From Parasporobacterium sp. (GTDB lineage: Bacteria; Bacillota; Clostridia; Lachnospirales; Lachnospiraceae), in contig JABUTA010000001.1 in NCBI GenBank assembly GCA_021443845.1, positions 1-54,983 on the forward strand: a stretch of 54,983 nt of DNA. Reading direction: 5' to 3'. Below the pieces are notes generated by a model, which saw nothing but the letters and a program-made list of their open reading frames with translations, ran no database searches and was not told the origin of the DNA. Both the position numbers and the translations under genes were made by a program. Positions 39,568 to 48,083 of the stretch are shown piece by piece; position 1 is the stretch's first letter; every line of letters begins with the position of its first letter.

Positions 39568-40946
39568 TGTCTGATCAGTATAACGATACACGTATATATA
39601 GAAAGCATAAGCGATTTAATATAGGCATAATCTTCTGTATAGTGATAAGCCTGTATTTTATCGCTTACTTTTGTGATTATTTTTTCAGCAGCAGCAATGT
39701 ATTTTATGAGGTCTCAAAAGGAACCACCGCCGGTCTGATGGAAAACCAGTATAACGCACTGGTTATGAGAACAGAGGAAATTGTGAATTCCGAAGCCTCA
39801 GGATACATCTATTTTTTTGTTGGAGACTGTTCCCCTGTCTACGTGGGACAGACTGCATATCTTATTGACAAAAGCGGTGAACTGTCAGCCAGACTGAAGG
39901 CTGCAACCCAGACAAGTGCTGTCCTGAATGAAAATGATCTTAATCAGATCCGTTCTTTACTTAACGATTTCAGAACGGTGTTCAGTGATGACGAATACTA
40001 TGAAACATATCATTATAAGTACCAGACTGAATCAAGGATTCTTGACCTTCTGAACAATAATATATTTGATAATGACACATTTGCAAATGCCGGAACATAT
40101 ATCAGATTTGCTTCAAAAAATGCCGGTATTGCAGTACATTACACAGATGGTTTTGAAGGTGTTTCATCAGATTCTCTTGAATCTTCCATGTTCAGAAAAG
40201 CTGATTATTCAAAAAAAATAATCAGAGCTGATGATTATGTTGAATCAGGATCTCCTGCCTATAAGGTGATAACTTCTGAAGACTGGAGTCTTGCGATACA
40301 GATCAGCAATCCTGACAGTTTCAAAAATCTGGATTACGTAAATGTTACTTTTCTGAAGGACGGTATATCTGCAGACGGAAAATTCGAAATCATTGCAAAA
40401 GGCGGCAAATACTACGGTATTATTTCATTAAGCAAATATATGGTAAGATATGCATCAGAACGGTATCTGCAGATAACCTTTTCAGATGATAAATTATCAG
40501 GGCTTACAGTTCCTAAATCTGCAGTGACCGAAGAATATTATTATGCCGTCCCCGAAGAATACCTTACTCAGGGAGGCAATTCTTCTGCTTATGGATTTGC
40601 TGTTAAACTTCGTGATTCCGAGGGTAAAGAGTATGTGGAAATGAGATATCCCGAAATAGTTCTTCAGAAGGATAACCTGTGCTATATTTCACAGTACAGT
40701 ACAGAACTGAAATCAGGATACCGCATCATAAAAACTGATTCTGTCAGTGAATTCGAAGTGGGTATGAAGGCCCCTGTCAGCGGTGTATATGCATACAACG
40801 GCAGCACCTCTGAGTTCAGGATAATTGATATTCTCGGTGAAAACAGAGAGTATTATATTGTAAAGGAAAACACTTCCGGAGGAATAAAACTGTACGATCA
40901 GATATATACAGATTATCAGGATGCAGAAAAAAATGATAAAAGATAA
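39567..40946 (+). CDS. membrane-anchored protein of unknown function (HlyD-like barrel-sandwich guess)
   Basis: Short cytoplasmic N-terminus, one TM segment (IGIIFCIVISLYFIAYF), and a large extracytoplasmic beta-rich domain. The family assignment is a guess from architecture only. Confidence 0.7.
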   Translation: MSDQYNDTRIYRKHKRFNIGIIFCIVISLYFIAYFCDYFFSSSNVFYEVSKGTTAGLMENQYNALVMRTEEIVNSEASGYIYFFVGDCSPVYVGQTAYLIDKSGELSARLKAATQTSAVLNENDLNQIRSLLNDFRTVFSDDEYYETYHYKYQTESRILDLLNNNIFDNDTFANAGTYIRFASKNAGIAVHYTDGFEGVSSDSLESSMFRKADYSKKIIRADDYVESGSPAYKVITSEDWSLAIQISNPDSFKNLDYVNVTFLKDGISADGKFEIIAKGGKYYGIISLSKYMVRYASERYLQITFSDDKLSGLTVPKSAVTEEYYYAVPEEYLTQGGNSSAYGFAVKLRDSEGKEYVEMRYPEIVLQKDNLCYISQYSTELKSGYRIIKTDSVSEFEVGMKAPVSGVYAYNGSTSEFRIIDILGENREYYIVKENTSGGIKLYDQIYTDYQDAEKNDKR

Positions 40947-41622
40947 TTACCGTACAATATTGAATAATGTGGAAACAGCCTCTGCTCAGAGTCCTTTCGA
41001 AAAGAAAGCTAAGCTTATTGCCGTAAGTAAAATGCATTCAGCCGGGGAAATTATGGAAGTTTATGAAGAAGGGCAGAGAGACTTCGGCGAAAACAAGGTC
41101 CAGGAACTTACCGATAAAGCCGGACAGCTTCCGGATGATATCAGATGGCATATGATCGGACATCTCCAGACGAACAAGGTAAAAAATATTATCGACAGGG
41201 TGTATATGATCCATTCTGTTGATTCCGAAAAACTCGCGGTTGTGATCAGCAGGGAAGCTCAGAAGCATGCTCTTGTCATGCCTGTTCTGATAGAGGTCAA
41301 CATAGGAAATGAACCGAGCAAATCAGGTGTAAAGTCAGAAGAGCTGGAAGATATTGTAAGAAAAATTTCCGTATTGCCTAATATTAAGGTTCAGGGTCTT
41401 ATGTGTATTCCCCCTGCATCTGCAGATGCAGAAAAAACACGTAAGTATTTTGCGGCATTAAGAAATTTATCTATTGACATTAACCAGTTAAACATCGATA
41501 ATATACAAATGAATGTGCTCTCGATGGGTATGAGTGATGATTATGCTGAAGCTATTTCAGAAGGGTCTGATTATGTCCGGGTGGGAACAGGCATATTCGG
41601 TATGAGAGATTATGGAAAATAA
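40921..41622 (+). CDS. yggS: YggS-family pyridoxal phosphate homeostasis protein
   Basis: AVSKMHS (PLP-binding Lys), HMIGHLQTNKVK and LSMGMSDDY motifs. The start may instead be the ATG at 40933. Confidence 0.92.
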   Translation: MQKKMIKDNYRTILNNVETASAQSPFEKKAKLIAVSKMHSAGEIMEVYEEGQRDFGENKVQELTDKAGQLPDDIRWHMIGHLQTNKVKNIIDRVYMIHSVDSEKLAVVISREAQKHALVMPVLIEVNIGNEPSKSGVKSEELEDIVRKISVLPNIKVQGLMCIPPASADAEKTRKYFAALRNLSIDINQLNIDNIQMNVLSMGMSDDYAEAISEGSDYVRVGTGIFGMRDYGK

Positions 41623-41649
41623 AACATATAACAGATAAAGGAGAAACCA

Positions 41650-42258
41650 ATGGGCAAGTTTACTGACAAATTTATGAATGCATTTAATGGCAGCAGAGAC
41701 GACGACTTTGATGATTTCGATGACGATGATGTATATGAAGATGATCTGATTGACGAGGATGATTATTCTGAGCCTCGCGAAAAAGGCGGATTATTCAAGA
41801 AAAAATCTGCTCCGGCTGAAGACAGAGCAGAGGTCAGAGACAGAGAGCCAGCTGCAAAATCAACTGCAAGCCCATTCGGCAGAACTGAAAAGAAGCCGGT
41901 TCCACAGCCACAGCCACAGCAGCCGGCAGCTCCGGCAAGAAACAGATCCGGTGCAGGAAGTGAGGTTTGTATTTTCAAACCATCATCAATCGAAGATTCC
42001 AGAGAAATTACCGAAACATTACTTGACGGTAAGGCCGTTGTAGTTAATTTTGAGGGACTTCATGTTGAGATTTCACAGAGGATCATAGATTTTATTTCAG
42101 GTTCATGTTATGCACTTGACGGAAATCTTCAGAAGATCTCCAACTATATTTTTATTGCAACTCCGAATTCAGTTGATATTTCAGGAGATTTCCAGGATCT
42201 TTTCGGAAATGAAGAAAACTCATTTGATATTGCAGGTTTCAAATCTCCGTTAATCTGA
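41650..42258 (+). CDS. sepF: cell division protein SepF
   Basis: N-terminal amphipathic MGKFTDKFMNAF, an acidic then P/Q-rich linker, and a C-terminal SepF core (VCIFKPSSIEDSREITETLLDGKAVVVNFE). Confidence 0.9.
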   Translation: MGKFTDKFMNAFNGSRDDDFDDFDDDDVYEDDLIDEDDYSEPREKGGLFKKKSAPAEDRAEVRDREPAAKSTASPFGRTEKKPVPQPQPQQPAAPARNRSGAGSEVCIFKPSSIEDSREITETLLDGKAVVVNFEGLHVEISQRIIDFISGSCYALDGNLQKISNYIFIATPNSVDISGDFQDLFGNEENSFDIAGFKSPLI

Positions 42259-42280
42259 TTTTTACAATATTCAGAATCCC

Positions 42281-42319
42281 AGGCTGCCGGTCATATTATT
42301 GAACGGCAGCTTTATTTTG
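42281..42319 (+). terminator. rho-independent terminator after sepF
   Basis: aggctgccg...cggcagctt stem followed by tttatttt. Confidence 0.6.
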
Positions 42320-42334
42320 TAATACTTAATATAT

Positions 42335-42910
42335 ATGAATTTTTTACTCCTGAAAAAACTGAGAATACATACTGTAATACAGATTGTTCTTTTTCTGGCT
42401 CTGACTGCCTTTGACCAGATTACAAAATCATCAGCCGCAGCTGTGCTGAAATCCGGTCAGGACATTACTTTACTTGATAATATCCTTAATTTTCATTACC
42501 TTGAAAACACCGGTGCCTCATTCGGTATTTTAAAAAACAGACTCTGGATATTTTATGTAATTACGGTTATTGTAATTTTGCTGCTGATATTTATATTTTT
42601 ATCTGTATATAGAAGAACCTGTTCGTATATAAATTCCGGCAGACCGGTATTGTCCTCAAAATCAGTATCTCATATGATTTTTATCAATTATCTTATTGCA
42701 GCTATTTCGGCTGGTGCCCTTGGTAATCTTATAGACAGAATAAGCCATCAGTATGTAATTGATTTCATAGAATTAAGATTTATTTCCTTTCCTGTTTTTA
42801 ATTTTGCAGACATATGTATTACAGTGTCCGCATTTATACTGATAATTTTCTTTATTTTTGTTTACAGGGAGGATAAGGATATAAGCCTGTTTAAGAGGAA
42901 TGATAAATGA
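42335..42910 (+). CDS. lspA: lipoprotein signal peptidase II
   Basis: NTGASFG and FNFADICITV motifs in a 4-TM protein. Confidence 0.92.
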   Translation: MNFLLLKKLRIHTVIQIVLFLALTAFDQITKSSAAAVLKSGQDITLLDNILNFHYLENTGASFGILKNRLWIFYVITVIVILLLIFIFLSVYRRTCSYINSGRPVLSSKSVSHMIFINYLIAAISAGALGNLIDRISHQYVIDFIELRFISFPVFNFADICITVSAFILIIFFIFVYREDKDISLFKRNDK

Positions 42911-43830
42911 GCAGAATTGTATACAGTGTTCAGGATGATCATGAAGGTACCAGAATAGACCGGTATCTTGCTGAAATATCAGAGGACCGTCTGTCAAGAA
43001 ATTACATACAGAATCTTATAAAAAGCGGCTGCCTGCTGGTAAATAACCGGGTGGTTAAACCCAGCTATGGGGTAAAATCAGAGGATATAGTTTGCTTTGA
43101 AATTCCAGAAGATCAGGAACCGGAAATCGTACCTGAAGATATTCCTCTGAACATTATATATGAAGACTCGCAGCTGATTGTTGTCGACAAGCCGAAGGGC
43201 ATGGTAGTGCATCCAGCCGCAGGTCATTACAGCGGAACACTCGTAAATGCGCTTATGTTTCACTGCAGGGATCTGTCCGGAATAAACGGCATTTTAAGGC
43301 CCGGAATCGTTCACAGAATCGATAAAGATACTTCAGGCATACTTGTATGTGCAAAGTCAGACAGCGCCCATAAATGTCTTGCTGAACAATTTAAGGTTCA
43401 TTCGATCACAAGAAAATATCAGGCAGTATGTGTTGGTCATTTTAAGGAAAACGAAGGAACCGTTACAGGTTCCATAGGAAGAAATCCCGATAACAGAAAG
43501 CTCATGGCAATAAATGAAAAAAATGGCAGGCATGCAGTAACTCATTATCGGGTTCTTAGAACATTGACTAAACATACCCATATTGAATGTGTTCTTGAAA
43601 CCGGAAGGACTCATCAGATAAGGGTTCATATGGCAAGTATCCATCATCCGCTGCTGGGCGATGTATCATACGGCGGAAAATTATCAGAATATAAATTCCG
43701 TGGAAGTAACCTTGAAGGACAGACACTTCATGCCAAGGTTCTCGGATTTGTTCATCCTGACACAGGAAAGTATATGGAATTCGAGTCGGAACTTCCTGAA
43801 TATTTTGCCGGGCTTTTGGATATACTGTGA
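42907..43830 (+). CDS. rluD: RluA-family 23S rRNA pseudouridine synthase (RluD-like)
   Basis: N-terminal S4 domain and catalytic HRIDKDTSGILVCAK. ATGA overlap with lspA. Confidence 0.92.
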   Translation: MSRIVYSVQDDHEGTRIDRYLAEISEDRLSRNYIQNLIKSGCLLVNNRVVKPSYGVKSEDIVCFEIPEDQEPEIVPEDIPLNIIYEDSQLIVVDKPKGMVVHPAAGHYSGTLVNALMFHCRDLSGINGILRPGIVHRIDKDTSGILVCAKSDSAHKCLAEQFKVHSITRKYQAVCVGHFKENEGTVTGSIGRNPDNRKLMAINEKNGRHAVTHYRVLRTLTKHTHIECVLETGRTHQIRVHMASIHHPLLGDVSYGGKLSEYKFRGSNLEGQTLHAKVLGFVHPDTGKYMEFESELPEYFAGLLDIL

Positions 43831-43868
43831 GATACCCTTCTATTTTGCATATTATCTATGCGTTAAAG

Positions 43869-43896
43869 TTGACTTTTTTCCATAGTTGTATATAAT
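43869..43896 (+). promoter_or_regulatory. sigma-A type promoter upstream of the TtcA-like gene
   Basis: TTGACT (43869-43874), 16-nt spacer, TATAAT (43891-43896). Implies a leader of about 135 nt before the ATG at 44039. Confidence 0.5.
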
Positions 43897-44038
43897 CAGA
43901 ATTGTATACTCCGTCAGACATGATAGTAATTTTATATTGTATTTAAGGATTAAATTTCCTGCAGAAATAATTTATCCTGTCTTTGTTTTTTTTCTTAAAT
44001 CATTATAACAGGATCATTTTTTACATTAAAAGCATATT

Positions 44039-44764
44039 ATGAATATACAGCAGTTATTAAGCCTTACCAGACAGGCTGTTGACGATTATAAAATGATATC
44101 TGATGGTGACCATATTGCTGTCGGTGTTTCCGGCGGAAAAGATTCCCTTACATTGCTGTCAGTTCTTAACAGTCTCCGCAGATTTTATCCGGCACATTTT
44201 GATATTACGGCAATTACTGCAGATCTGGGCTTCAATAATGTGGATTTCGGCAGGATTGCCGATTTCTGTTCACACCTTGGCATTGAATATCATATTGAAA
44301 AAACTGAAATTTCGGAAATTGTATTCAATATACGTAAAGAGAAAAATCCGTGTTCTCTATGTTCAAAGCTCAGAAAAGGTGCATTCAATAACGCAGCCCT
44401 GAAATACGGCTGCAATAAAACAGCATTCGGACATCACAAGGATGATGTTATAAGTACCATGATGATGTCACTTATATATGAAGGAAGATTTTCATCATTT
44501 TCACCTGTAACTGTACTTGAACGAACAGGACTAACTCTCATCAGGCCCATGATCTATATCAATGAGGCAGACATAAAGGGTTTTTGCAATAAAAACAATA
44601 TTCCTGTTCTCAAAAACCCCTGCCCTGCAGACGGTGAAACCCGAAGGCAGTATGTTAAGGAAGTTATGTCTGAACTCAATCATGATAATCACGGAGTTAA
44701 GGAACGGCTGTTCAATGCAGTACTGACGGGAATTGACAGCTACAAGACCAAAAACGACTTTTAG
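44039..44764 (+). CDS. PP-loop ATPase, TtcA-like tRNA 2-thiocytidine biosynthesis family
   Basis: SGGKDS PP-loop and a CSLCSKLRKG cysteine motif. Confidence 0.85.
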   Translation: MNIQQLLSLTRQAVDDYKMISDGDHIAVGVSGGKDSLTLLSVLNSLRRFYPAHFDITAITADLGFNNVDFGRIADFCSHLGIEYHIEKTEISEIVFNIRKEKNPCSLCSKLRKGAFNNAALKYGCNKTAFGHHKDDVISTMMMSLIYEGRFSSFSPVTVLERTGLTLIRPMIYINEADIKGFCNKNNIPVLKNPCPADGETRRQYVKEVMSELNHDNHGVKERLFNAVLTGIDSYKTKNDF

Positions 44765-44778
44765 AAAGGTTATTCCAT

Positions 44779-45834
44779 ATGGCGGCAAGAAGTTACCATG
44801 AACAGTTTAAAATTGATACAGACGTGAAATTAAGAGCCAAAATGAAGGAGCTCCCGGCATTTGCATCTTCGTTTTTCAGAGGTATCGAACCTACCACATC
44901 TGCCCGCACACGTATGGCATATGCGTATGACCTGGGTGTATTTTTTAATTATATACAGAAAGAAACAGATCTGGCCGGTGATCTGCCGATTTCAGAATAC
45001 ACTGTTGACATTCTGGAAAAAGTTACTCCTGTCATTATTCAGGATTATCTGGATTATCTTAAATATTACTGCAATGACAATGAGGAGGAACGTTCAAATT
45101 CCGAAAGGGGTCTTAACAGAAAGCTTGCTTCCATCAGATCATTCTATAATTATTTCAGCAGAATGGAGCTGATAAGATATAATCCCGCATCCATTGTAAA
45201 AATGCCGAAACTCCATGACAAGGATATCATAAGATTGGAAAAAGAGGAAATAGCCGACCTTCTTGATGCTGTGGATTCAGGCATGAATCTTACAAAAAAG
45301 CAGCAGGAATATCATAACAAGACCAGGATAAGGGATCTGGCTCTGCTGACACTTCTCCTTGGTACCGGTATAAGAGTATCTGAATGTGTAGGCCTTGATA
45401 TCAATGATATTGACTTTAAAACTCACGGAATAAGGATTGTCAGAAAAGGCGGCAATCAGGTAGTTGTATACTTTGGTGATGAGGTGGAAACTGCCCTGCT
45501 GAATTACATGACAGAACGAAACGGTATCATACCACTTCCGGGACATGAGAATGCCATGTTTCTGTCAATGCAGAAAAAAAGGATTTCTGTCCATGCAGTG
45601 GAACTGCTTGTAAAAAAATATGCAGAACAGATAACCAGATTAAAAAAAATAACACCTCACAAATTGCGGAGTACATACGGTACACAATTGTATAAAGAAA
45701 CCGGTGATATATATCTTGTCGCCGATGTTCTTGGACATTCAGACGTAAATACCACAAAAAAACACTATGCTGCACTTGAAGATGAAAGAAGGAGAATGGC
45801 CAGAAATATAGTTTCACTGAGAAATAAAGAATAA
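44779..45834 (+). CDS. XerC/XerD-family tyrosine recombinase
   Basis: N-terminal SAM-like core-binding domain, then catalytic GIRVSE (Arg), HKLRSTY (His-x-x-Arg) and LGHSDVNTTKKHY (His...Tyr). Confidence 0.88.
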   Translation: MAARSYHEQFKIDTDVKLRAKMKELPAFASSFFRGIEPTTSARTRMAYAYDLGVFFNYIQKETDLAGDLPISEYTVDILEKVTPVIIQDYLDYLKYYCNDNEEERSNSERGLNRKLASIRSFYNYFSRMELIRYNPASIVKMPKLHDKDIIRLEKEEIADLLDAVDSGMNLTKKQQEYHNKTRIRDLALLTLLLGTGIRVSECVGLDINDIDFKTHGIRIVRKGGNQVVVYFGDEVETALLNYMTERNGIIPLPGHENAMFLSMQKKRISVHAVELLVKKYAEQITRLKKITPHKLRSTYGTQLYKETGDIYLVADVLGHSDVNTTKKHYAALEDERRRMARNIVSLRNKE

Positions 45835-45845
45835 TATACTGAATG

Positions 45846-45887
45846 CATGCACAGATGCCTCCGGAAAACCGGAGGCATCTGTGCATG
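45846..45887. terminator. perfect 19-bp stem-loop between the convergent recombinase and yneA-like genes
   Basis: catgcacagatgcctccgg-aaaa-ccggaggcatctgtgcatg. No U tract on either side. Confidence 0.6.
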
Positions 45888-45921
45888 AGAAATATGATAG
45901 ATAAAACAGAAATAAGATATA

Positions 45922-46257
45922 TCAGCTTACATAATACGGTACCAGCAGATATGCGTCTGCATTAATGGTATCCGATGACAGATTATTTATCTGCTTCAGT
46001 TCCGCAATAAATTCATCAACTGTACTGTAATGGCAGTCGATATATTCAACTGCTATACTCCATAATGAATCCCCGGGCTCTATGGAAACAGAGGTGTACA
46101 TTTTGACTGCATTGTCTTCATCAGCCATAGTTTCATTGCCTGATGATACTAAGACAGCAATTACAGCTGCTGCAAAAGATAACAATAGACAGATTCTGAT
46201 GATTCTTTTTCTGAGAAGCTCCCGCTTCCTGTTATAACGTACACCCGTCTTTTCCAT
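45922..46257 (-). CDS. YneA-like small membrane protein with C-terminal LysM domain (candidate SOS cell-division inhibitor)
   Basis: 111 aa counted from the ATG at 46257, which is preceded by GGGGAG. Has a basic N-terminus, one TM segment (ICLLLSFAAAVIAVLV) and a LysM-like IEPGDSLWSIAVEY...INADAYLLVP region. Divergent from lexA, with LexA boxes in its promoter. Confidence 0.8.
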   Translation of the reverse strand: MEKTGVRYNRKRELLRKRIIRICLLLSFAAAVIAVLVSSGNETMADEDNAVKMYTSVSIEPGDSLWSIAVEYIDCHYSTVDEFIAELKQINNLSSDTINADAYLLVPYYVS

Positions 46258-46292
46258 AATAATTCTCCCCGTCTTTATCAAAAAAGCTTTTA

Positions 46293-46306
46293 CGAACATC
46301 TGTTTG
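46293..46306. promoter_or_regulatory. LexA box 1 (CGAACATCTGTTTG)
   Basis: Matches CGAAC-N4-GTT(C/T)G. Lies downstream of the -10 element of the yneA-like promoter. Confidence 0.75.
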
Positions 46307-46311
46307 AATGT

Positions 46312-46340
46312 ATATTATCACTCGAACAGATGTTTGTCAA
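46312..46340 (-). promoter_or_regulatory. promoter of the yneA-like gene with LexA box 2 (46323-46336, CGAACAGATGTTTG) in its spacer
   Basis: On the minus strand: TTGACA (46335-46340), 17-nt spacer, TAATAT (46312-46317). The box occupies the spacer. Confidence 0.7.
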
Positions 46341-46348
46341 ATATTTTT

Positions 46349-46388
46349 CGAACATCTGTTTGCATTTTATTGTACAGTGTGATAATAT
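46349..46388 (+). promoter_or_regulatory. lexA promoter with LexA box 3 (46349-46362, CGAACATCTGTTTG) overlapping the -35 element
   Basis: TTGCAT (46360-46365), 17-nt spacer, TAATAT (46383-46388). AAGGAG RBS at 46419-46424. Confidence 0.7.
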
Positions 46389-46430
46389 GACCATGGAAGT
46401 TTTTAAGTTTTAATTTCAAGGAGATTTTCA

Positions 46431-47048
46431 ATGCCACAGGAAAAAATATCCGAAAAACAGACAGCTATTCTTAAATTTATCAAAGCAGAAATATTATCCA
46501 GAGGATATCCCCCTGCAGTAAGAGAAATATGCCAGGCAGTGGGACTGAGCAGTCCTGCTACGGTCCATGCCCATCTTAACGCCCTGGAATCTAAGGGCTA
46601 CATCAGGAGGGATCCCAGCAAACCACGTGCCATAGAGATCATTGATGATGATTTTGCTCCATCACGACGGGACTGTGCACAGGTTCCTGTTGTAGGATAT
46701 GTTGCGGCAGGTTCACCTATCCTGGCTGAGGAAAATATTACAGATTACTTCCCCATTCCGGCGGATATGCTGCCGAACAATCAGGTTTTCATGCTTACTG
46801 TAAGAGGTGACAGTATGATAAATGCAGGTATCCTTGACGGCGATAAAGTAATAGTCAAACAGACGGAAAGTGCATCAAACGGTGATCTGGTTGTGGCTCT
46901 CATAGAAGACGGGGCCACTGTAAAGACATTTTACAAAGAAAAGGGATATATAAGACTTCAGCCTGAAAATCCTGATTATGACCCCATTATCCTCCCGGAT
47001 GTTCAGATTCTCGGTCAGGTTATCGGCGTTTTCAGAATGTTCCGTTAA
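46431..47048 (+). CDS. lexA: LexA repressor
   Basis: Winged-helix N-terminus ([21 protein letters not shown]), VAAGSP cleavage site, GDSM serine and KTF lysine region. Confidence 0.96.
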   Translation: MPQEKISEKQTAILKFIKAEILSRGYPPAVREICQAVGLSSPATVHAHLNALESKGYIRRDPSKPRAIEIIDDDFAPSRRDCAQVPVVGYVAAGSPILAEENITDYFPIPADMLPNNQVFMLTVRGDSMINAGILDGDKVIVKQTESASNGDLVVALIEDGATVKTFYKEKGYIRLQPENPDYDPIILPDVQILGQVIGVFRMFR

Positions 47049-47054
47049 TAAAAC

Positions 47055-47089
47055 AGCCTTCAGTGAATATTTATATTTCACTGAAGGCT
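47055..47089. terminator. bidirectional terminator between lexA and rsfS
   Basis: agccttcagtgaa-tatttatat-ttcactgaaggct forms a 13-bp stem between convergent genes. Confidence 0.7.
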
Positions 47090-47098
47090 TCATTATAT

Positions 47099-47446
47099 TT
47101 ACAGTTCGGAGGATTCCACGGTTACACCGTCCATCCATATCCTTTCCAGGTCATAAAACAGGCGGTCTTCCTGATTGAATATATGGACAATTACATCTCT
47201 GTAGTCCATAAGTATCCAGTTGGTACCGTTCCGGCCTTCGATACTCTTGGGAGCTATCCCCTGCTTTCCGAGTTTTTCCTCTATATTATCAACAACAGAC
47301 TGAATCTGTTTCAGGTTGGAGCCTCCTGCAATGATAAAATAGTCTGCCAGCACAGATATCTTACTGATATCTATAATCCTTATATCTATACCTTTTTTTT
47401 CGTCAATGTACTCATAAATTGCTTTTGCCAGTTCTCTGCTAGTCAT
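47099..47446 (-). CDS. rsfS: ribosome silencing factor RsfS
   Basis: 115 aa with ADYFIIAGGSN and WILMDYRDVIVHIF motifs. Confidence 0.93.
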   Translation of the reverse strand: MTSRELAKAIYEYIDEKKGIDIRIIDISKISVLADYFIIAGGSNLKQIQSVVDNIEEKLGKQGIAPKSIEGRNGTNWILMDYRDVIVHIFNQEDRLFYDLERIWMDGVTVESSEL

Positions 47447-48051
47447 AAAGATATACCGTCTCTTTCTTCTATAAGCTTTTTATAATAATCCCGGGTTGCA
47501 ACAGTCACAGGATCAATCGGAACACCCTTGGATGTTATATGATCCACAGTGCTCTGTGCTATCATGTAAACTGCCTTATCAATATCCGTGAATGCGGCTT
47601 CGCGGTAATTTTCTATATGCTTTATTACAGTATCCCGGACAGGCTCGATAAAATCAGCCACATAAATGATTTTCTGCATAATTGACATTTTGGGAGCACC
47701 GGTAGTATGGGTACTTATCGCATCGTGAATTTCCCTGTCAAAAATGCCGTATTCTGCCTGTGCTATTGCCGGACCTACCATAGCATGGAGAAGCTGGGGA
47801 TTCTGGATATGGAATTCGGTAATATTAAAAATATCCCATTCTTCTGCAGCACTGAGCATTTCCGGAATTGATTTACATTTTGCGCAGTCATGCATATATC
47901 CTGCGATCATTACCCTATCCATTTCCCCCTTATACCATCTCATGGCAAGGGTTGCTGCAGTAAAAGCTACGGAACGGGAATGAAGAAACCTGTGTTCGTC
48001 AAGGGTTGCATATAGTTTTCCTTCTATCATGTTTATTGTCTGCTGATTCAT
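47443..48051 (-). CDS. yqeK: HD-domain bis(5'-nucleosyl)-tetraphosphatase YqeK
   Basis: RFLHSRSV...AGYMHDCAK HD motif and conserved position upstream of rsfS. Confidence 0.88.
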   Translation of the reverse strand: MNQQTINMIEGKLYATLDEHRFLHSRSVAFTAATLAMRWYKGEMDRVMIAGYMHDCAKCKSIPEMLSAAEEWDIFNITEFHIQNPQLLHAMVGPAIAQAEYGIFDREIHDAISTHTTGAPKMSIMQKIIYVADFIEPVRDTVIKHIENYREAAFTDIDKAVYMIAQSTVDHITSKGVPIDPVTVATRDYYKKLIEERDGISL

Positions 48052-48083
48052 AGTATGCTCCCAACATAAATATACTTTCAGGA

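Noticed and set aside
41750-42043. Alternative-frame ORFs within sepF (97 aa on the + strand, 71 aa on the minus strand).
   Set aside because: They overlap the biased P/Q/D-rich linker of a clearly recognisable SepF. They have no independent start signals.
43947-43996. AT-rich hairpin (ggattaaatt...aatttatcc) followed by a T8 run inside the ~135-nt leader of the TtcA-like gene. It could be an attenuator or riboswitch terminator.
   Set aside because: The stem is weak (9 A/T-rich pairs with a bulge) and is separated from the T run by 8 nt. No conserved riboswitch core is recognisable. It may just be AT-rich spacer or the rluD terminator.
44779-45887. The XerC-like recombinase plus the adjacent perfect 19-bp hairpin as a mobile element or integron-like attC site.
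   Set aside because: The recombinase has the usual chromosomal Xer architecture. Its neighbours are core genes, and there are no flanking repeats or cargo genes. The hairpin sits between convergent genes and is most simply a bidirectional terminator.
45922-45950. AGCTTACATAATA on the + strand matches 12 of the first 13 nt of the reverse complement of the B. subtilis dif site (its XerD-arm end), close to the Xer-family recombinase gene.
   Set aside because: The remaining spacer and XerC arm do not match (about 2 of 11 positions). The segment is simply the last codons (LLVPYYVS-stop) of the yneA-like gene, so the match is most likely coincidence.
46387-46413. 8-codon mini-ORF (MTMEVFKF-stop) in the lexA 5' leader.
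   Set aside because: It has no RBS and starts inside or next to the -10 element. An ORF this short is expected by chance in AT-rich leaders.
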